This document shows, in pieces, positions 20,976 through 26,007 of a stretch of DNA of 26,007 nt. Numbering within the stretch: the stretch's first letter is position 1; each line of letters opens with the position of its first letter. The position numbers were made by a program, and so were the translations under genes. The stretch comes from Thermodesulfobacteriota bacterium (GTDB taxonomy: Bacteria > Desulfobacterota_D > UBA1144 > Nemesobacterales > JAJCZQ01): the NCBI GenBank assembly GCA_965203965.1, contig CBDBDR010000004.1, positions 1 to 26,007 on the forward strand, in the 5' to 3' direction. The notes under the pieces are model-generated. The model was not told where the DNA came from, made no database searches, and worked only from the letters and a program-made list of their open reading frames with translations.

Positions 20976-22496
20976 CTACCACACACAATGATCTAATAAA
21001 CGGAACAACATGTAACGTACAAAAGCAAACAAATTTTTAACAAGGCGTCGCCAGGCAACCACTACATATGAAAACAAATACGACAAATAAAACAACAAGC
21101 GCGGTGTAATCACAGAAAAATACTGTACAACAAAAACGGCTTTAAATGGAAAGTCTCGAGTCTTGAGGTACACGATGAAGTCACTGTGGAAAGAGTAGGG
21201 AACATTGCGCCATTGCTTCTGAGAAACAGTCTTGATCAACTTTGTACGAGCAGCACCAATCGCAATAGCACGAAACAACGGATAGAGAAAGAGATAGACT
21301 TGGACTAGCGTGAAGAAAAATAGGAAGAAAAGAAACCAAGATGTTGTCTCTTTGAACCAGACGATAGTCTGTAGAACATATGCACTGAGCAAGATTGTAG
21401 TTAGAGCGTAAGATGAAATGTGAAAGACGAACCAGACCTTGAGCAGTGATAAAGGAGCTCTCACTTGTCGGATAAAATCATTGTCTAGAGTCTGAAGCCA
21501 GTAGTATCGACCTCTGTCCACCATTTCTTGGTTGCCCTTTTGAACCAGCTGTCTCAACACAGGATCGTTCATTCTTGATACGGCGTTCATTTTATGTTGC
21601 TCGGTAAAGTTAGCCTGGTTCATTTTTGTAGCAAGTTTTTCAAGCCTGTTAGTGACCTTGTAGACAATTTTGGAAAATACAAAGCAACTTTGAACAGCGC
21701 AGAGCTGAGAGATCGAGTAAATTATGATTCTTAGAAAGTTTAAAGTATCTGACCAACAGTGCAAGACAGAGAAAGCATAAGCGACTGAGAAGATAAAGCT
21801 GCCAAACAAAAAAATGTGTATGAGAAAGTGGTTGGTAAGAAAGTAAGTTGTCTGGATAGACGTCAGCTTTGGAAATGCATTGGTGTCTTCAAACAGAGAC
21901 AAGGCACCGGTTTTGAACGCCTTGTGGTGTGTATCACAGCAAGGCTTCCAAAAGCCATCTTTCTGATTCTTTGACTGTTCGCATTTCAAACTGCACAGGA
22001 TCCCACTGACAGGTACCAGTAATAAGCATATCATAGGACCGTACGAGAACAGGAAAGCTGCTAAACTACCAAACGTGATGGCTTTAATGAACTTGGTGTG
22101 TTCATAGCTACTCGGATCACCAGCTCTACCGTCCTCAACGGCAAAGCTCAAGTAGAGAAAAATCTGACAGACAAACAGAATGGAGCCTACAAGCGAGGGA
22201 ACCCTTTTCACTAAAGACTTCCAAGGTGTCTTCTTCTCCGTGGTATCAGTACTGATGTACTGTCCAGTCACAAGACAGAAGAAGTCAAACACGCTCCACA
22301 CACTGAGAGAACTCCTCCACCAGGTAGCTTTAGGCTTGACAGGAGATGTCCTAGCAACATCATCCCAGACAACTAGGGGAGGCAACTTCTTAACCCTTCG
22401 ACAACAGGGCAACCAGTGCCATGGTAACCATTTACAAGGCAACTTGTGACAAGAGATCTTGAAGCAGGACAGATTATCTTGAACTGCAGTCAGCAT
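20976..22496 (-). CDS. Paralog H, intact, 506 aa, most divergent member
   Basis: ATG-to-TAG ORF with FFCLVTGQYIS, GALSLFED, QLCAVQSCFVFSK, VDRGRYYWL, YLFLYPLFRAIAI and FIVYLKTRDFPFK; short loop 1 and a long divergent C-terminus. Confidence 0.9.
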   Translation of the reverse strand: MLTAVQDNLSCFKISCHKLPCKWLPWHWLPCCRRVKKLPPLVVWDDVARTSPVKPKATWWRSSLSVWSVFDFFCLVTGQYISTDTTEKKTPWKSLVKRVPSLVGSILFVCQIFLYLSFAVEDGRAGDPSSYEHTKFIKAITFGSLAAFLFSYGPMICLLLVPVSGILCSLKCEQSKNQKDGFWKPCCDTHHKAFKTGALSLFEDTNAFPKLTSIQTTYFLTNHFLIHIFLFGSFIFSVAYAFSVLHCWSDTLNFLRIIIYSISQLCAVQSCFVFSKIVYKVTNRLEKLATKMNQANFTEQHKMNAVSRMNDPVLRQLVQKGNQEMVDRGRYYWLQTLDNDFIRQVRAPLSLLKVWFVFHISSYALTTILLSAYVLQTIVWFKETTSWFLFFLFFFTLVQVYLFLYPLFRAIAIGAARTKLIKTVSQKQWRNVPYSFHSDFIVYLKTRDFPFKAVFVVQYFSVITPRLLFYLSYLFSYVVVAWRRLVKNLFAFVRYMLFRLLDHCVW

Positions 22497-23259
22497 ACTG
22501 CTACGGGCAGCCCTGCTAAGCTATACGTAGCTCGAAACAGCTGTAAATATACCTTACTCTGACCTACAGTGTACACAATGAATATTGCAAGCTAATAGAG
22601 GAACAATATTCACTAGTTCAAATTAGGAGATAGCTATGCACGATCAGGATTCTAGGTAAGGCTACAGCAGCATGAATACCTGTTCAATATTCATGACGAA
22701 ACAAGATATCTATTTTAAATTCTAAAGTATAGCCCAATGCAAGCTATGCACCAGATTCATGAATATGAAACATCAATGTTCAACAGATTATCAAGAACTC
22801 ATGGACGTTGGTAATCTGCAGCTAACTGTTCTAAGAGTCTACTGTGTGTGGCTAGCAGATTTTAGGTTTGATCTGGACTACAGGATAGCGTGGTGGGTCC
22901 GGATAACATTCAGCAAGAACCAAAAAAGCTGCTACAAGCATGGCTGCCTTTGTGCATCCCAGCTAATTATTACACTGTGGTAGCATACTATTGGCTTCTG
23001 TTATTTTTGCCAGCTTGTATCAATAGCTTGGATTGTACTTTATAAATCTGTCACTAGCTGATGGAATAGCTGTAGTTGCTGTGTGCTGTCAAAGCAGGTC
23101 CACTGTGCAGTATGCATGCAATTCCACCGAGGCATCTGCACATTTGGTGCTTCATTTCAAGCTGTTCCATGTTAAAAGAAAAACGTATATTCAAGAACTG
23201 ATTCACAAAATATAACTATTAGGTACACACATGACAGTACAGTGAATGATGCATGGAAA

Positions 23260-24193
23260 ATAGCATGGAACGCTCATCAGACAACAGATCATTGTCAGTG
23301 AAATGGACGTAACTATTTTTGCAGTCCTTAGCTGTCACAGGGAAGCCCAAAAGAATAATCCATAGGCGTAGGAACCGGGGGCACGTGCCCCCCCAAGTTT
23401 TCATTAAAGCCACACCCATAACCCACGTGTAGCTTTGCCAGAGAATGCCCATGATAAGGTCTAGGAGCAGCTTAAACGATGACTTCTCTATCTTTACCAC
23501 CGCCAAAACTATCAAAGCAGACGACTTTGCTGAAAATCTTTCGTTGAGCGAGCAGTCACGAGTCTGACGCAATAACGAAGACGAGCCTGACGCTGATCGT
23601 CTGTCAGAGCCAGACAGACGATCGTACTACTACCAAGGGCGCGCGGTGCAGAATCACCGTCTCAGTCTTGATCCCTGTCGGTGCTGGTGCCTGCGTCAAA
23701 AGTAGCCAACCAGTGTCCTTCTGAATGCCGCACAGTTAACGTACGATCTTCTGAATGCTGCACAGAGCAGATTAGTGTAGCTACATTATTTACACAAGAA
23801 GATGGGAGAATAATAATTTTGGATAAAATAGAATCATTTTTCTTCAATAAAAAAGCTCGCTGAAATGTCTAAAAACCGAAACGAAAGTGATGCAAAAGTC
23901 AATTTTGCTCCAACATCTGGGGGGCACAGCCCCCAGACCCCCTGCTCAGGTGTTCTAAAACAGTGCCCCTCATTCATTTGCATCTTCCTACGCCTATGTT
24001 AAATCAGACAAGCAAACAGGATCCATCCTGCTACGGAAGAGAGTCTGACAATTGAAGACTTACATTGCCTTGTAATGACGTCAGCATTGACAGCAATGGA
24101 GAACTGTCCAGTTAGTAAGCTAAATAAGTCGAACACACTCCATCTACTGAGAAATCTCCACTGGGAGCTACCTCGACGAACTTGCTCTACCAT
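23260..24193 (-). pseudogene. N-terminal fragment of an H-like paralog interrupted by a TIR element
   Basis: 23999..24193 reads WSVFDLFSLLTGQFS...RLSSVAGWILFACLI*, matching H WSVFDFFCLVTGQYIS...RVPSLVGSILFVCQI. A possible continuation left of the insertion (IILLGFPVT...LLSDER) is weak, so the left boundary is uncertain. Confidence 0.7.
23361..23998. mobile_element. 638-bp non-autonomous DNA transposon (MITE), hAT-like
   Basis: Perfect 14-bp TIR cataggcgtaggaa (23361-23374) / ttcctacgcctatg (23985-23998); subterminal G/C palindromes gggggcacgtgccccc and tggggggcacagcccccaga; no clean TSD. Confidence 0.8.
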
Positions 24194-24480
24194 CGCTCAA
24201 GTACTGCTTAGAATAGCACATATTTATTTATTCTCTAGTGAATATATAGTCACGTACATGTATCAACTAGAACAGGTCATGATTCTTAAAATGGAGATAA
24301 CTTTACATAGTCAAAATTCTAGCGCCTGAACTCTACACAAGTATTTGATGATGTAGCAAAGAGGTTAACAAAAAGATAAATTTCATCAGCACACTGCTAT
24401 AATAACACAAGTGCAGAAGAGCGCTATATACGTATGCTGTCATGTAAAATTAATTTAGAAAGAGTAAATAATAATTATGC

Positions 24481-24846
24481 TTAGACCACAGCTAAGCGTC
24501 ACTGACCAACCAGATTGCGTAGCTGCGGGTCTCTATTTCTCGTAGTGGAATCCCGCCACTACCGCGACTCTATAGTGGAATCCCACCACACGGCGCAGAT
24601 TACGGTTCTGTGAGCGGAGTTCTACTGAATAATTTTTACAACGCTCGCGTGTCCTTGCTCGTCGTTCGCGTCGTTTCTGTTTGCTGTTGCTATGGTCTAA
24701 ATCAGTTAGACAGTGCATCCAATCGGATCTACGCGATGTAGAAGCCCTCGCGCCGTTACCATAGCGCCCTCGCTACGCTCGGACGCTATATAGCAACGGC
24801 TCTCGGGCTTCTAAATCGCGTAGATCCTCGGATGCGCTGTCTAACT
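24481..24846. mobile_element. Second non-autonomous element with an asymmetric inverted repeat and a ~140-bp terminal hairpin
   Basis: ttagaccacagc (24481-24492) is inverted to gctatggtctaa (24689-24700) at 11/12; hairpin at 24704-24846 (agttagacag...ctgtctaact) with loop region ccctcgctacgctcgga. Confidence 0.65.
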
Positions 24847-25464
24847 ATTATATAATCACGATAGAGTTGAAGATTTTGTCCTAACCTTCTCAACTGTATT
24901 TTATCACACAATTTGCTTTGCACATGTCACCTCAAAAATTCATTTCAAAAAAGGTGAAAGGCACCAGTGCTGTACATGTAGCTAAAGCATGGCGCCATGG
25001 TGCTGTACCATGTCCTTATCAAGCTATGTGGGTCTTCAATTGCTACACATGATATCACAAATGACTCTTAACAAAGATGTCATCCTTGTTACTTCCACAC
25101 GATGCCCTAAATGCGCTATCCCAAGCAATCACAAACGTCACACTGACATTTTCTCGCATGCACTTTTTTATTTAAACACAGAAGGAACAACTACAAGTGA
25201 ATACAGAGATTGAAATGCACAGATGCTGACGAAGCTGCTCAAAACCACAAACAAGAATGGTAAAATCTACCTTAATTTTCAGCTAACAAACATGGCTAAA
25301 ATCTGTGTACAAAAAGCATGATCTGGTTACATGTGAGTATGTGGACATAAGATTTATGAATCCAAACAGTAAGACACACACAGTTGTAGAGGATTTGATA
25401 ACATGCTCGGGCATCTTACCTCTTAGTGGCAATTATAGACATAATTGTTATACAGCCAGCCTTG

Positions 25465-25491
25465 ACACACAAACACACACACACACACACA
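25465..25491. repeat. (CA)n microsatellite
   Basis: acacacaaacacacacacacacacaca. Confidence 0.85.
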
Positions 25492-26007
25492 AAGTTGCAT
25501 ACCTTGTTCTCACTGTACGCTATAACCAAACCGTGAATCACCAGAACTCACAATTATTCACCCATGTACAAAACGTACATCTGGACACTTACTGAATCCC
25601 AAATAATTATAACCCACATAATGTATAATAACCCCTGACCAGAGGACACCCTCTCTATAATGGACTATTTTGTTAGTTCTGATGGTGACTGGCTTAGAGG
25701 GGCTCCCATACTATTATTATTGACATGTATAGCCATAGTCTCCCAGTCTTATACAGATACACACTTTTATATATAACTCGTTCACACTGCGCGCTATTAC
25801 CAAGCAGCAGAACTGAGCTGTGCCACACGTTATGATCAAAGTTTTGGACATAATCGAACCGTGCTGGAAGCGGCCCACCTATGGTTGGGGTGCCGCGGTG
25901 GTGCAGTTCAGTTGATTAGTTACATGAAGCTTTCAGGTTAGTAACCAAGCCGACCCAATTTGGTAAAAAAATAAAGTATTTTTATATTTTCTGAGGTGAC
26001 GGAAGAG

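Noticed and set aside
24989..25595. Short ORFs near the right end
   Set aside because: No family motifs; one runs through a CA microsatellite.
25623..25712. Possible degenerate Tc1/pogo-type MITE (ggacacc...ggtgact, aacccct...aggggct)
   Set aside because: The inverted match is too weak to support without a repeat-library search.

Overview
AT-rich eukaryotic (animal-like) genomic DNA; a canonical spliceosomal intron candidate and MITE-like elements are present, with no prokaryotic features. The window is a tandem cluster of one multi-pass membrane protein family: 8 full or near-full paralogs with intronless coding regions (labelled A-H; A runs off the left edge) plus 3 CDS fragments and an orphan 3' flank. 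Shared motifs are FCFLxGQYIN, CxLPxEHWKF, LSPYND, QFCAIQSCFIFSK, GVWFIFHW, HGYLFLYPCFRAAAI and QTSFVQYLxSKNFAFxVPLFC..IxIGFNWVFVSFFVPVLGAYL. The hydrophobic-segment layout, N-glycosylation sequons in loop 1 (N-terminus inside), long helical loops after TM4 and TM6, and a split TM7 best fit the gustatory-receptor-like / DUF3537 7TM ion-channel (7TMIC) superfamily. That assignment is by eye and needs HMM or structure confirmation. C, D, E and H are intact; A, B and F are broken mainly by 1-bp homopolymer indels (possibly assembly error); G looks genuinely disrupted. The cluster shows birth-and-death evolution: an inversion, a recent duplication, gene-conversion-like tracts, coding VNTRs in cytosolic regions, a 41-bp satellite, two TIR elements and two structurally related hairpin elements.
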